This document shows positions 12,187 through 27,845 of a stretch of 64,000 nucleotides of DNA, piece by piece. A program made the translations under genes and the position numbers. Source of the DNA: Neovahlkampfia damariscottae (lineage: Eukaryota); assembly GCA_016618085.1 (NCBI GenBank), contig JABLTG010000044.1, forward strand, positions 1-64,000, read 5' to 3'. The notes beneath the pieces are model-generated. The model saw only the letters and a list, made by a program, of their open reading frames with translations, did no database searches and had not been told where the DNA came from. Numbering within the stretch: position 1 is the stretch's first letter; each line of letters begins with the position of its first letter.

Positions 12187-13579
12187 TTATCCATAGTTTG
12201 CAATGATTGCCATTGCAGCAAAACCAACAGAAAATAATAAAGTTCTTAAAAAGAAAAAGAATTTGCTTCCTGTTTTTGTGTGACCCATAATCTCAAAAGC
12301 AGCAACATAAATAAAAGCACCTCCTGTAAAAGCCAATGAGACACCATGAACAATTTCAAATACCTGTTAAAAAATGTCAAAAAAAAATAAATTGTAAAAA
12401 CTTCTCCTTCAATAGTTGAAACCAATATTCCAATTAAAATACCAACAGGAACTGTTAAAGCAAATGATAATATAAAAAATCCAGAAACCAAATAATTTTT
12501 AACACCATTTCTTAAAACTATGATAAAAGGGTTAAAATCTGATAATATCTTTACCTGTTCCTAATGCTGTAGCAGCAATAAAGTGATGTGATAAAATTGT
12601 CAAAAATAAACTCCAAAGTTTCTTTTTAAAAAATTATAAAATTTAGATTTGACTTACAAATTCTGAGAGAATACCGATAGCTAAACCATCAAAAACTGAA
12701 TGTGATACAAGTGATAACCATAAAATAAAACCTCCAATAGCAGCTCTAACTGTAGATGTTGAGTTAAGTAATTCAGCATCAATATGTGCATGATCATGAT
12801 CATGATGAATGTGATCTGGTGAGTGAGCATTATGGTGACCATGATGATGTTGGTTTTTATCATTTTTGTGATCATGTTTGCAGTCAACTACTTTTGAAAC
12901 TTCTTGTTGAGTTTCTTCAGTGTGTTCTGGATTTTCTTCATTTGTTTCTTCTCTTGTTTCATCCACTTCATCAACTGTTGTTTTTTCTTCTGGTTCTTCA
13001 ACTTGAATGTTTTCTAATTCAACACTCTTTTCAACAGTTTTTTTTTCTTGTGTGGTTTCTTCAACTTTTTTTGATGGTTTAAATGATTTGAGAGTTAAAA
13101 TCATTACTTCTATAATCTAAAAACAATAAACTCTTTTCTTTTTTTCTTACTTTTTCTAAATGATAAAAAAATACAATTCCAATTGAAGCAACTAAAAATG
13201 CATACGGGTAAATTTTGTTTTCATGATCATGACCTAAAGCAAGCATATCATGATTATGTCCACCTGAATTACCGGAGTCAATGTGATTTGCACCTTGAAT
13301 AGCTGAAATAGCTTCAGTTAAAATTTCATGACTTTCAGCTGAAAAAAAAGAATAAAAAATAAAAGAAAACTTACGCAATAAATGTAAAAATCCTGATGAA
13401 AGCAAAGCACCAGCACCAAATCCGTTGATAGCGTCTAAAACTCTTAACACATTTTCTTCTTTGATGTATTTGTTTTTTAAAGCACTCAGAGCAAGTGGAA
13501 CCAAAGCGAAAATTATAGCACCTGTGAAAAGTATAAGTCCTGAGATTATTTTGAAAGCAAGATATTGATCAAACAACAT
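12187..13579 (-). CDS. ZIP family zinc/iron transporter (multi-exon)
   Basis: GFGAGALLSSGFLHLL, His-rich loop, LVSHSVFDGLAIG, ALTVPVGILIG; five short GT-AG introns. Confidence 0.9.
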
Positions 13580-13789
13580 TCTGTGTCTTTGGTTTGTCTT
13601 TGCAAATTTACTCCAAAAAAATTCCGATTGGTCAAAACCTTCTAAAAATTATTTATTACCAAGATTGACCGATTTGGAGAATTGAATGTACAAAACAGAA
13701 AACCTCTTCTAAAATATTGACAAATCATCTTCTTTCAACCTTGAAAATGAATCACCTTTTTGATTGGTGCAAAAAAAAACTAAAAACAG

Positions 13790-15594
13790 ATGTGGTGGAG
13801 GTATTCCAAACAAACTGTCTTCTAATTTTAATTTCTTACAGAAGAGAAGATAAACCACCTCCAAAATTAATTCTTGATGAAATTGATCCAGAAGCTACAA
13901 CAACAAATGTCAATGAAGAAAAGTTAAACAACTTCTTGGAAGAGTTAAAAAAACCAAGAAAACCAAAAAGTAGAGGGTAAGAATTGTAATTTTTAATTTT
14001 AAAAAATAGTTTTTTTTCAATGAATCGAAACCCAAACCGACTTCAAGGTGTTGGTTCTTCTTCAATGAGAAAACAAGAAAGTGACGAAGAAGATGAAAAA
14101 AGAGATGCCAGAAGTGAAATGGCAAAAGCTAAAATGATAAGAATGGTAAGAGGAATGATTGAACCAGGAGAGAATGAAAATGTTTTACAAAACCACGTTT
14201 TACTTCCTTGTTATTTTACACAAGAAAATCAAGGTGAAATTGATGAATATGATTTTGAAAAATGGAAAAGAGTTGAAAAAAATTTAAAAAAACAAATTGA
14301 ATCCTTAGAAGAATTCAAAGTAAAAAAAAAAATTTTTTACACAAATTATTAGGAAGCATACGGAGAAATCAATCAAAAATCAGTTGATGAGTTAAATTTT
14401 GAAACTTTGGAACATTTGTGTAAAGAAGATGAAAAATTATTTATTTCTTGTGTGCAAAGTATTCAAAAGAATATATTGGAAATGCCTAATATATTTAAAA
14501 CAGATTCCATTCCATTTTTAGTTACAAAAGAAGAAGATTGTGAAAATACAGTTACTTTGACGAAAAGACAAATTAGATGTCTTTTGTCTTGTGCTTTTTT
14601 TAGTATTTTGATTCCCTCTCAATGTTCAAAATCAGTTACAAATGCAGATTTTACATTTTGTCAACATTTAGATTTCGACATGATTTTAGATGGTGTTTCA
14701 CCTGATATGATGGGAAAATTGAAATGTCTTTTACATTATATTGAAAGAACTTCTCAAGAAAATGATTCAAAACTTGACCAAAAAGTCTCTTTCACAAGAA
14801 AAAGAGTTTTGAAATTACCAAATTTAAAAGAGTCATCAAAAAAAATACCAAATTGTGAAGTTCATAATTTAAAATCTGACAAGAAAGGATTTGAATTTTT
14901 TAATGGTTGTTTGCAAGCTGATTTTGCAAATAAATTTATTGGAGGTGGTGTGTTGAGTTATGGAAGTGTTCAAGAAGAAATTTTGTTCATGATAAAACCA
15001 GAATGTTTAGTATCACTTTTATTTTGTCCTGTAATGGAAGATGATGAAACCATTTTAATTAGAGGTGCTGAAAAATATTCAAGTTATAAAGGCTATGCAC
15101 AATCATTTGAATTTGATGGTGATTTCAAAGATGAAAATAAAATACTTACTGACGGACATTTGGATAATCAAATTTTGGCTTTTGATGCTTTGCAAGGTGA
15201 AGATGATTATCAATTTGGAAATATCAATCGTGAATTATTGAAAGTATACTGTGGTGTTTCTGATTGGAAGAATTTAGAAAAAATTCCACTTGTCACTGGA
15301 AATTGGGGATGTGGTGCATTTGGTGGTGATTTACAAATGAAGAGTTTAACTCAAATTTTAATGGCTGCAGAAACGGAACGTAAAATTATTTATCATGCTT
15401 TCAATCAAATCGAATTCTCAGAAGATTTAATTTCCATTATGAAAAAACTTTCAGATAATGAAATCACAGTTGGTGAGTTATACACAATAATGACAGAAGG
15501 ATTTAAAAATGAATTGAGATGGAATTTTCAACCATTAAGAAATGTTTTATTTGATAAAATTGATGAATTTCTTGAAAAAAAAAATCAAAAGTAA
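13790..15594 (+). CDS. PARG: Poly(ADP-ribose) glycohydrolase
   Basis: QADFANKFIGGGVLSYGSVQEEILF catalytic motif, TGNWGCGAFGGD; three short introns at the 5' end. Confidence 0.92.
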
Positions 15595-18500
15595 TTATTG
15601 GTCCAAGAGAATAAATCTTTTACAATTGAAGGTACATAATCAGTCCATTGATTTTCTCTTGAAACTATTCTAAAATCTTGATTTTCAAATGGAAATATCA
15701 ATTGTTCATTAATTGATCTTCCATAACAAAATATTGAATACATAATTTCGTATAATGTATTTTCTTTATCTGATATTAAAATTACACATTCAGATGCAGA
15801 ACAAACTGGATGAATTCTAATTCCTGGTATTTTATCAATTTTGTTAAATGATTTTGATTGGATGACTTTTGTGATATTTTCAACACAATTGGTCACTCCA
15901 GGATTTTCATTTTTATAAATGACCAACATTGGATTTTTATTCCACTTTCCTAAATCTAATAAATATAAATCCGTTAATTTAAATTTCACAATTTGATTTT
16001 CTTCAATTCCCTTAACAACATCATCCATTTTTAAAATATAAAATGAGTCCCAAGTTAACAATAAATATCTTGATTCTTTTGAAAAAATAAGTTAATTCAT
16101 TAAATTACTCTCAATTTGACTATCTAAAATTGTAATTTTCCAACATTTCAAAAATGACTTGAATACTCTTTGTATTGCAATTTTTTCTTTTTCTGTGATT
16201 TGTGGTAATGCTTTTGATGATAAAATTTGTGAAATTGAAATTTCTTCATATCCTTCAACTGCAATTTTCTTCAATACTTTTAATGGTGATTTTTGAATCA
16301 TCTTTTTTAAATCCTCCGAATCTTCACGATGTTTTTTAATTTTATCACCTAAAATTTGTTCAATGGATGATAAAAAATCTTGTGTTGTCATTGGATTAAT
16401 TTCTAATAATCCAATGGTATAAAAAAGAGTATCATTTTCAAATTTTATCTCATGATTTGTTTCACATGAACCAATAACTATTTTTTGTTAGTTGAAAAAA
16501 AAAAAAAAAACCAATATTTGAAATGGACGCAAAAGTTTTTGAAAATCTTGAATTAAATGCTTCAAGAGATTGTTTTAAAGGACCCCAAACATAACTTTAA
16601 ATTAAAAACAATTTAAATGAATACCTTTTGTATAAATGAATGATTGTTCTTCTTTTTGTATTATCTGAGTTTTGATAATGATCCCAATTAATGTTCATTT
16701 GTAATTTTTCATTTTTTGTTTCATCAACAATGACAGCACAGAATGGTAAAATGTAATTTTTCAAGATGTTTCTTTTCTTATCTTGTAAATCTTTCAATGT
16801 TGGTTTGTAATCACTTAAATAATCAAAATGGTTCATGATATTATATGCAAGTTGAGATAAGTTATTATCTTCATCTTCTTGTAATTGTTCTAATGCAGGC
16901 ATAACTTTTGTGTGTAAAAGTGATTTTCTTGATTGTTTATGAATTGAAAGATGAAAGATTGTCTTGGCACAGTTTTCTCTAATGCTTTTGTTTTGTGTAT
17001 TTAATCTACCAACTAATGATTTCAAATTTTTATCTTTTGCGAATAATTGTTTGTTTTTGTCTGTCAGAGATTTTTAATCCAATGAAATCTTACTTGAATT
17101 TGAAAGATTGACCATGACCCAAGATGCTTCGTACATTATTCTTTCATCTTCACTTTTGAATAATTTAATTAAATATGAAATGAATCCAATATTTCCAATA
17201 TATTCTGAATTACAACCTAAAATAATTAACAATTATAAAATAGTTACGATTTTCTGAAAGGATTCTCAATAAATTCAATGCTGAGATGGTTAAATTCTTA
17301 TCTGTATTCACTTTCAAAAATTCTACAAGTATTTTTAAAATTCCTGATTCTCCAAGATACACCTGAGAAAATTCAGTTTTGTTTGAAATTGAAGACAAAA
17401 GAAGGAGTGTTAATGAAATTAATTTCTTTTCTTTTGATTCAAGAAATGGTTGTAAATATTTCAAACAACCTAATCTTAAAATTTTCTTCTTATAATATTC
17501 GTCTGAAAATTTGTTAAAAAATGATTGGATAATTACCTCCTTCTGTTAAAATATTTAAAATGATTAAAGTGATCTCAGTGAATCTTTTATCCTCTAATTT
17601 TGTAAAAAGTTTTAAAGAAACACCTGGAATATCATTTAATTCAAGAATTGATCTCTCTTGAACAAAATGAAGATATTTCAATACATCAATAATTGTACTG
17701 AAAAATAAATCATCACATGACAAAATCCAACCACCTATTTGATAAATAATCAAATTTTTTGAAATAGTCACAATCAATTCTTGATATAATTTCTCTTCAA
17801 AAATATGAAATAAAATTTGATTTTACCATTCTTTCTGGTGATGAATGAAATTGAATTTGCCATTTCAAAACATAAATCTGTATCATTAGAATAACTTTCA
17901 AACAATTTTAAAATTGTAGGAAGAGCATCTTTTTCTAACATTTTATCCTTTTTATCATTTGGCATCCAATTTATAAAAAAGAGAGAAATAATTTTAACTG
18001 AAAACTTCAAAATTTCAGGATTCGTTTTTTTTCCATTAATTATTGACAAAAATAATTTTATAGCTTTTTCATTGGTTATCATCTCCTTTGAAATGAATGG
18101 ATGAAACATAACAATTTGATACCAACATTTTATCATCCATTCTAATAAAGTGACATCAATATTTGATTTTGAATTATCTTTTATATAACTTAAACACTTT
18201 TCTGAAATTCTTTCGGCAAAATTAAATTTAAAATTTTTTGAAAGAAGAATATGAGATAATTCCATTGATTTTTGATTCAATGAATTAAATTCACTGACTA
18301 TAAAATCAATATCTTCCTTTTTAAAATCTCTTCCTATTCAAAAATTTTTTTAATTTTTTTTTCCTTACCTCTAATTGATGAATCAATATAAAACTCCCAA
18401 GCGATTTCTTGAGAATCTATAAATATATCATTGGTTAATATAAATCTTAAAAGTGATAATGGTATAAATGAATCAACAAATTCTTTTGCAATTTCATCAA

Positions 18501-19214
18501 GTTTTTTTAATTTTAAAAAAAATTCTAAGGTACAAGAACACAGCGAAATTGATAAATTTTCAATCTTTTCAAAATTCTCTGAAAGTATTTTAATACCATT
18601 CATTGAATTAAAAACTGATGTATAAAAATCTTTTAAAAAAATTAAAATTTGTTTTTTTTTGGTTCCTACCAGAATTTATCAATTCACTCAAAAAAACAAT
18701 AGATGATTCATATTCTTCTTTTGAAAATTCCAAAGCATTGATCATGAAATTTTTTTGTAAAACTACTTCTCTATTTGATTCTAAAAATTTTATAATAATC
18801 ATAGATGTTTTACCTTGGTTTAAATTTTTTTGAATAATTCTTAAAGTATGTATTTTGATAATTAAAGAATCATTTGAAGTGAAAATTTTCAAAAGATTTT
18901 CCATTTCTTCTGTGCCAATTTGATGATCTTTTTTATGAATTTTTTTTTTTTTTTTTACTGTTTTCTGATATTTCATTCAGTAAAGCCATTAATTTTTGTT
19001 CTTTTTTCGTTAATGTTGATTCTATATCAGTTGAACTGAAATATTTTTTATCTATTAAAGTTTGTTTTAAGGATTCAGGTATAATGATATTTCCAAGAAC
19101 AGGAGAATCTATAACTACAGTTTTTTCCATGACTATATTAGTCGGAGTTCCAATTTCAATCTTATCAGTTGAATCTTTTCTTGCTGCTGAAAAAAGTTGT
19201 TTGAGGAATGACAT
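15585..19214 (-). CDS. Large ARM/HEAT-repeat protein with a degenerate CRIB-like N-terminal motif and a C-terminal PH-like region (many exons)
   Basis: ORF pieces joined by short GT-AG introns; frame continues from the exon near 16470 directly into ORF 16092-16391; helical ARM-like repeats; EIGTPTN near N-terminus. Confidence 0.6.
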
Positions 19215-19490
19215 GACGTTGAACCAATAGAATTGATAGGATTTTGTTTCCAACTAAAACAAACCATAATATTTTTGAAAACCGAAATCAAGACTTCTTC
19301 TTTAATTTTTCAACAAATTCTTGATGATGAACAATAAAAAATATGGATAATTTTCGCATGATATAAAATGATTCAAAATTATTACCTGAAATTTTTAAAC
19401 TCTTTTTTTTTTCCTTTGAATTTAAAAAAAAAAGTTCTATTTTCAAATTGAACAACCAATCAATTTCCACCAACTTTTCAAAATAATTTG

Positions 19491-21352
<1,862 letters not shown>

Positions 21353-21364
21353 ATTTTTTACGTA

Positions 21365-22874
21365 TCAATCATGATGTGATGTCCATAATTTTACAGTCAT
21401 ATCAACTGATCCAGTTACAATTGATGTTCCATCATGATTCCAATCACAACTTGTCATCATGGATTTGTGAATATGTTTTTTTTCACCTGGAAATGTTTCG
21501 AGTAGAGTACCTGATAGATCATAAATTTGACCATGTCTCTTTGTAGATCCAATACAAATTCTTGAATGATAATTACTTATTGCAATTGTATTGATTGCAT
21601 AATGAATATTACATGTTTTCAATGGATTTTTCAAATTTTTTACGTCCCAGAATTTAACTAAACCATCATTTCCTCCTGTGATTATGACTCTGTTTGCTCA
21701 TTAGTTGATTTTTTTTAATAAACCTGTCGCTTGCATTGAATAATGCATTTGTTGTTGAAATGTTATGCGCTTTTAAAATATGAACTTGTTCTGATGTTCT
21801 TATATCCCAAATTCTTGCTGTACAATCATCTGAGCAAGTTACAATTAAAGAATTTTGATTTCCAATTGAAATTCCGTTCAATGAATCTTCGTGGCCTTTA
21901 AAGATCATTGTTTGAGTAACTTCACTTCCACTAACAGCAAATAATCTTGCACATTTATCCCAACTTGCTGTTGCAATTGATTTTCCATCAGAAAACCATT
22001 CACCAGAAATAACAACTGAATCAATTTGAACTTTTTTCAAACATCCATCAACAAGTTTTGTTGTATTTCTTGATTGATCAACTAAGTCTAATTCTCTTAA
22101 ATCATTTAATCTATTATCTGAATTCTTCCTTGAACTTGGTGATTGAATCGTTAAAGTCTTCAATTGTTCTTTATTTAAAGGTACAGCAATTTCATTATCT
22201 TCAATCATTTCTGTGAATTCATTGTCATCAGTTTTAAATTCTGATTCTGTAATTAAGTCTTGTGTATCAATATCATCTCCAATAGAAGCATTTGAATCAC
22301 GTTCATCCAAATCATCCAATGAATTAGGTATATCAAATTTCCAAAGATGAAAAGAACCATCACCTGAAAATGAACATGCCAAATTTTGAGTTGGATGAAA
22401 ACTTGATTTATTAACAGCACCTGAATGTCCTGTATATGCTATAACTGGATTTTTTTTTCCTGGTTGCCAAATAAAACAATTTCCATCTGTAGAAGTTGAA
22501 GAGATAAAAGTATCTTTTGTATAATTTGGTAAAAATTGAACACTTGTTATAATATCAGTATGTGTATTAAAACCTTCTTCAAAATGTATACCTCCTAATT
22601 TTTGGTTTATATTTACTTTCTTTGTGAAATCAACAACTTGTTTGACAAATTTTTGAGCTCGATTTTCATTTTTTTCTTTTTCTTTTTCTTTTGAGATACC
22701 AAGTTGTTGTTCATATTGTGATATTAATTTTTGGTATTCTTTTATTTTTTTTTTTAATTCTACATTTTCTTGTGAGATTTTATCATATTCTTTATCAAGT
22801 GATCCTAATAAAATTTTGAAATTATTTTTTTCGTTTTCTTCTGTTATAACTTTTGTTTTTCCTTCTGTTGTCAT
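21365..22874 (-). CDS. WDR37: WD repeat-containing protein 37-like
   Basis: N-terminal coiled coil LDKEYDKISQENVELKKKI; YTGHSGAVNKSSFHPTQNL, GKSIATASWDKCARLF, VTCSDDCTARIWD. Confidence 0.7.
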
Positions 22875-23054
22875 TTTTATAAGTTTTCAATAGAAAAAAA
22901 AAAAGTTCTTGATTGGTTGTGATGCTCTTCCAATCATATTGATTTCTTCTGTTTTTTACTTCAAGGATATTGCTTTGTTTTATGAGTAATTCTGTGAGAT
23001 TCAAGGAACAAAAACTGTTTGTTTGAAAAAAATAATTTTTGGTTTCAAAAAAAT

Positions 23055-25216
23055 TTAAAGTTCATCTTTCTTTTTATTTTCAGTTTTTGGAGTTTCTTTA
23101 GCAGGTTCTGTTTCTTTTGGTTCTTCAACTGAAATATTATCTTCTGGTTTTTTATCTTCTTCTTTTTCTTGTTCTTCTTCTTCTTCTGTAGAATCAGTTT
23201 CTTCTTCATCATCTTTATTATCAAATAAACTTTCATCAACTTTTGTTCCTGTAACTTTTGCTAAAATAGGTTGAACTACTCTTTTCAAAGAAACTAATTT
23301 TTTGAAGATTTGTTTTTTAACAGGTTCATTTTGTTGACTTAACCATTGTAAAGTTCTTGAAATAGCTTTGTTGATTGTTTTTCTATCAGCAGCTTTAATT
23401 CTATTCGCGATATTTTTGTTTGTCATTTGATTACGTACTGTATCACAATAGTTTTCTAATCTAATTCTAGCTTCAGCAGCTCTTCTAAATTCTTCGTCTT
23501 CTTTTGCATTTTCTTCAGCATCTTTTGTCATTTTTTCAACTTCTTCAGCAGACAAGAAACCTTTTTTAATTGTAATTTCTTTTCTTTTTTTTGTTTGCAT
23601 ATCTTCTGCAGATACTTGTAAAATACCATTTTTATCCAATTTAAAAATAACTTTAATTTGAGGATAACCTTTTTTAGCTGATGGAATATCAGTTAATTGA
23701 AGTTCTCCTAATAATCTATTGAATTTTGTCATTGTTCTTTCTCCTTCATAAATTGGAATAGCTAATTGTGTTTGATAATCTTCTGTTGTTGTATAAATAT
23801 CATATTTTTCAGTTGGAATTGGTGTATTTCTATGAATAATTCTTGACATAATTCCACCAACAGTTTCAATACCTAAAGATAAAGGTGTAACATCCATAAG
23901 AACAACATCTTTAAATTCTTTTACTCCATTGATAATAGCAGCTTGAACAGCAGCTCCATAAGCAATAGCTTCATCTGGATTGACTTTTTCTGTTTCTAAT
24001 TTCTTTCCTTGAAAATATTCTGATACTAATTGTTGAACTTTTGGGATACGTGTTGAACCACCTACGAGTACTACAACATCAACTTCGTCAATTCCAACTT
24101 TAGCATCTGATAAAACTTGTTTGATTGGATTCATAGCTCTTAAAAATAAACCTTTGTTTAATTCTTCAAATTTAGCTCTTGTGATTTTTTCATTAAAATC
24201 AATACCATCTAATAATGATTCAATTTCAATATTTGCTTCGAGTTGATTGGATAAAACAATTTTAGCTTTTTCACAAGCAACTTTTAATTTTGTGAATGAT
24301 CTTTTGTTTGATTTAATATCTTTTTTATGTTTCTTTTTAAAGATACCAGTGAAGTAGTCAAGTAATTTTTGATCAAAATCTTCACCACCTAAATGCATAT
24401 CTCCTGCAGTTGCTCTAACTTGAAAAGTACCATTATCAATTGTTAAAACTATAAAAAAAAAAAGTGTTTAGTTTTTTTTTTTTATTTTTCTTACGTGAAA
24501 CATCTAAAGTACCACCACCTAAATCATAAACAAGGATATCTTTTTCTTTTTCATCATATAAACCATATGCAATTGAAGCAGCAGTAGGTTCATTAATAAT
24601 ACGAATAATTTCAAGTCCTGCAATTTTACCAGCATCTTTTGTTGCTTGTCTTTGAGCATCATTAAAATAAGCAGGTACTGTAACAACTGCATATTTAACT
24701 GGTTCATTGAGATAGTTTTCAGCTGTTTTTTTTAATTTTCCTAAAACCATAGCTGAAACTTGTTCTGGTGAAAATGTTTTTGTTTCATTTCCAACTTCAG
24801 CTTTAATAAAAACTTTACTATCAACACCAGTAAGTGTATATGTAAATAAATCTTTATCAGCTTTTTGTACTTCTTTAAGTTTTCTTCCAATGAGTCTTTT
24901 AACATCATATAAAGTGTTTGTTGGATTAAATTGAATATTGTTCTTTGCAGCTTCACCGACCAATGAACCACCACTTGGTGTAAATGAAACAACTGAAGGT
25001 GTAATTCTATTTCCTTGTTCGTTTGGAATAATTTCAACTTTTCCACCTCTGAATTCACACTTGTTTAGTATTTATAAAAAAGTTTTACCTGTAAATACCA
25101 ACAACTGAAAATGTTGTTCCTAAATCAATACCAATGACAGGACCATCATATTCCATTTTTTGGGCAATAGTTATAAAAAATAACACGGAGAGAATAACTA
25201 AAAGTTTGTTCAACAT
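23055..25216 (-). CDS. ER-luminal Hsp70 (BiP/GRP78-like)
   Basis: Signal peptide [57 protein letters not shown]-terminal KDEL; two introns. Confidence 0.93.
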
Positions 25217-25416
25217 TCTCGTTACTTTGTGAAAAAAATCGTGTTGGTAGATGATTGGTTCATTTTTCTTTACTTGTAAGAAAATGATTGGATAATTTTT
25301 TCATCAAATGGAAAGGGTTTTGTTGAGGGATTCTTGAGGAAAAAGATGAATAAAAATTTGGGTTTATATGACTGGAATAAAGAAAAATGGTTGACATCAA
25401 ACAACATCAGTTTGAA

Positions 25417-25627
25417 TTAAACTTTTATTTTTTCTTTAAAGTCTTCCAATGATTTGATTCCCTTTATTGCTTCTGAACTAATTTTACAATTTTTAATTTT
25501 TGAAAATGCGTTCAACCAAATTTCAACTTCTTTCGAATTCTTTGCATGAAAAATTTCAAAAGCAAAGGGTAATGCAACAAAACAAAAAGATGTTTCGTTT
25601 CTCTTTTGAATGAAACAATAAGACTCC
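25417..25627 (-). pseudogene. Orphan exon resembling the C-terminal half of a PH domain
   Basis: ESYCFIQKRNETSFCFVALPFAFEIFHAKNSKEVEIWLNAFSKI, preceded by a GT-AG intron; no clear 5' exons. Confidence 0.35.
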
Positions 25628-25664
25628 TATGTAATTAGTGACGTTATGAGAATAAACCTTAGTT

Positions 25665-25805
25665 TCTAACTTGAAGTCTATGGTTTCAACCGGACAGGTG
25701 TGGTTTTTAGCAATAAAAACACTTATTTCTGAATAAGTGAGGTTAATCCGAACAAGTGGTGTTATTCCGAATAAGTATGGTTTCTGACGAATAAGTAGTG
25801 TTACC
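25665..25805. repeat. Imperfect ~19-20 bp tandem repeat (core CGAATAAGT)
   Basis: Units such as ttattccgaataagtatgg, tttctgacgaataagtagtg, ttaatccgaacaagtggtg, ttatttctgaataagtgagg, decaying leftwards. Confidence 0.75.
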
Positions 25806-27188
25806 TTAAAAAAGATGAGTTATAGAAAATAAGTCCTTTGTTCACTTTTTGTACTGTCATCCATAGTGAATATTTATAATATAACTGCTCAGATTTAAAT
25901 GTGTAAAAAATTTGTCCAATAACATTTTTTGAATTCAACCAAGAAAACTGATGTGCACTTAATATACAAGATGATTTTCGTTCTTTATTATCAGTTGGAA
26001 CAGATTCAGTGTTTGAATAAGAGTGTTATTATATTGGAGAATTTAATTTCTAAATTTTTCATTTCATCAAAATTTAATGTCCAAACAATTTATTTTTCTC
26101 CTTTAAATCAGTGATCGGATTCAACCAAAATGTTTAAACGACTGTTCAAATAAGAAGATAAAAAATAGTAACCAATAATATTACTCTAAATGGTTCATGT
26201 AAATGATACTTGAATTAGTGCATGTTTTCCTTTTTCAAATAAATAGTAATTGTAATGAGACGGATGGATATTTTTCCAGAAATTTTCGTTTGAATCCGAG
26301 TAGAAATAATCCATAAAAATGTTTACTCTTGAATTCTTCTTTTGATTACATATTATTTCTTTCCCTTTGTTTTCTTTTTTGAGTGACTAAAAAAACTTTG
26401 GACCGACAAATAAATTTTGATTTCAAAGTCTCTCAATTTTTATCCAATCATATCGACTTCAATTTGAAAATGTGGTGTTGCGGTGAATCACTTAAACTTG
26501 AAATAGAACAAAGGACACCTATGATCCAAAGAGTTGACATCAAACAAAGTATAAAAACAATAAAAAACTCAATTCTTGAACAATTACGCTTTAGATCAGA
26601 AATATTGAGATCTACGAACGAAGAAGACAAGAAAAAGTACGAAGAAAAGCTTCAAAGGAAAAAAATTCCTGCAAAGATGTAGTTACTGATTATCGCGAAG
26701 CAATTCGCTCAAAAAATCCAAATTCCTCTGATTTAGAGGTGAAACAATTGATGTTGAAAAAATTCGGAAATATGACAGTTAATGGGTGGCGCCAAGTTCT
26801 TGATGATTTCATTTAAATTTTATTATAAAATTTCTTATGTTTACTTGTAAAAATATTATTTCATTCACAAAATTTGAATCAATCCCATATTTTTGAAACA
26901 ATGATTTCATTTTCCAAGCAACATCGCTTGTTTGGTATGTACAATCAATAAGTTGGTAACAAATTTCTGATATCATTTTAATTTATTATTTTAATTGAAC
27001 CCAATTGATTATAAAGCAAATAAGAACTATAATATGATATAATATAGTTCACATTTATCTTTGTTACCAACAGAAAATACTGGTGAATTTGAGTAATAGT
27101 TTGTGCTCGTTCTTGATGGTAGTAAAGCCGGATGAGTGCACAATCTCAAAGAATTGAATGTTTTCATCACTAAAAAGCAAAAGAAACT

Positions 27189-27791
27189 TTATTTTTGAAT
27201 GTTTTTTATTCCTTCCCATAATTTTATCTTGGTTCCAAATTTTACATTTAGTCCTTTCATTTCTGGATCATTAAGATTAGACAAAACAAGCCCATCAACA
27301 TCCTCATCCTTTAATATATATGCTTCATTTTTATCAATATTTAATATATTTATGGCCCAGTAGTAGACCTCATCGGCTGACCAAGATGAAAAGTTTTTTT
27401 TTTCGTTATAAACTTGTTTCAAATTTTCTATGCCCCATGAAGGAACTCCGTTGATATTTCTTTTTTTAATGGATTCAATTTTTAAAATTGACTCAAGTTC
27501 ATAAACGTCGTTTCCTATATTTTTTCTCAGCTCGCCAGAAAGAAATTCATCTTTTCCAAAGTTATTTCCTTCTTCACAATAAAGTCTAATTCTGTAAGAG
27601 TCTCCATCTTTTTTTGCAAAGAGAAATAATTCATTTTCCTTTCTCAATTCAGCTGTCCATTCCTCACCCAAAAAATTGACAGTGTTCTTAAAAGTCATTT
27701 TTTGTTTACTGAGAGACTCATTTGCCAACCATAAGTTTTGAGAAAAAATTCTTAACGTAAATTCAATCTCTTGAACTTGAACAAATTTCAT
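27189..27791 (-). CDS. SAM-domain protein
   Basis: C-terminal SWSADEVYYWA...ILKDEDVDGLVLSNLNDPEMKGLNVKFGTKIKLWEGI is SAM-like; intronless ORF. Confidence 0.7.
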   Translation of the reverse strand: MKFVQVQEIEFTLRIFSQNLWLANESLSKQKMTFKNTVNFLGEEWTAELRKENELFLFAKKDGDSYRIRLYCEEGNNFGKDEFLSGELRKNIGNDVYELESILKIESIKKRNINGVPSWGIENLKQVYNEKKNFSSWSADEVYYWAINILNIDKNEAYILKDEDVDGLVLSNLNDPEMKGLNVKFGTKIKLWEGIKNIQK

Positions 27792-27815
27792 TGGATCTAG
27801 TAAAATTAAATTGTA

Positions 27816-27820
27816 ATTGG
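27816..27820. promoter_or_regulatory. CCAAT box shared by a divergent gene pair; example of a window-wide motif
   Basis: ATTGG in the middle of the 54-bp spacer between ATGs at 27791 (-) and 27846 (+); the same motif precedes most genes. Confidence 0.55.
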
Positions 27821-27845
27821 TTGTTTCATTTGAAGTTTACTGGTA

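Noticed and set aside
25665..25805. CRISPR-like array
   Set aside because: Units are contiguous and degenerate with no unique spacers; eukaryotic context, no cas genes
26940..26948. TA+CAATCAA as a possible left inverted end matching the Fanzor right end
   Set aside because: Only a 7-bp match, the flank does not resume the RGS frame, and a minus-strand frame reads straight through it
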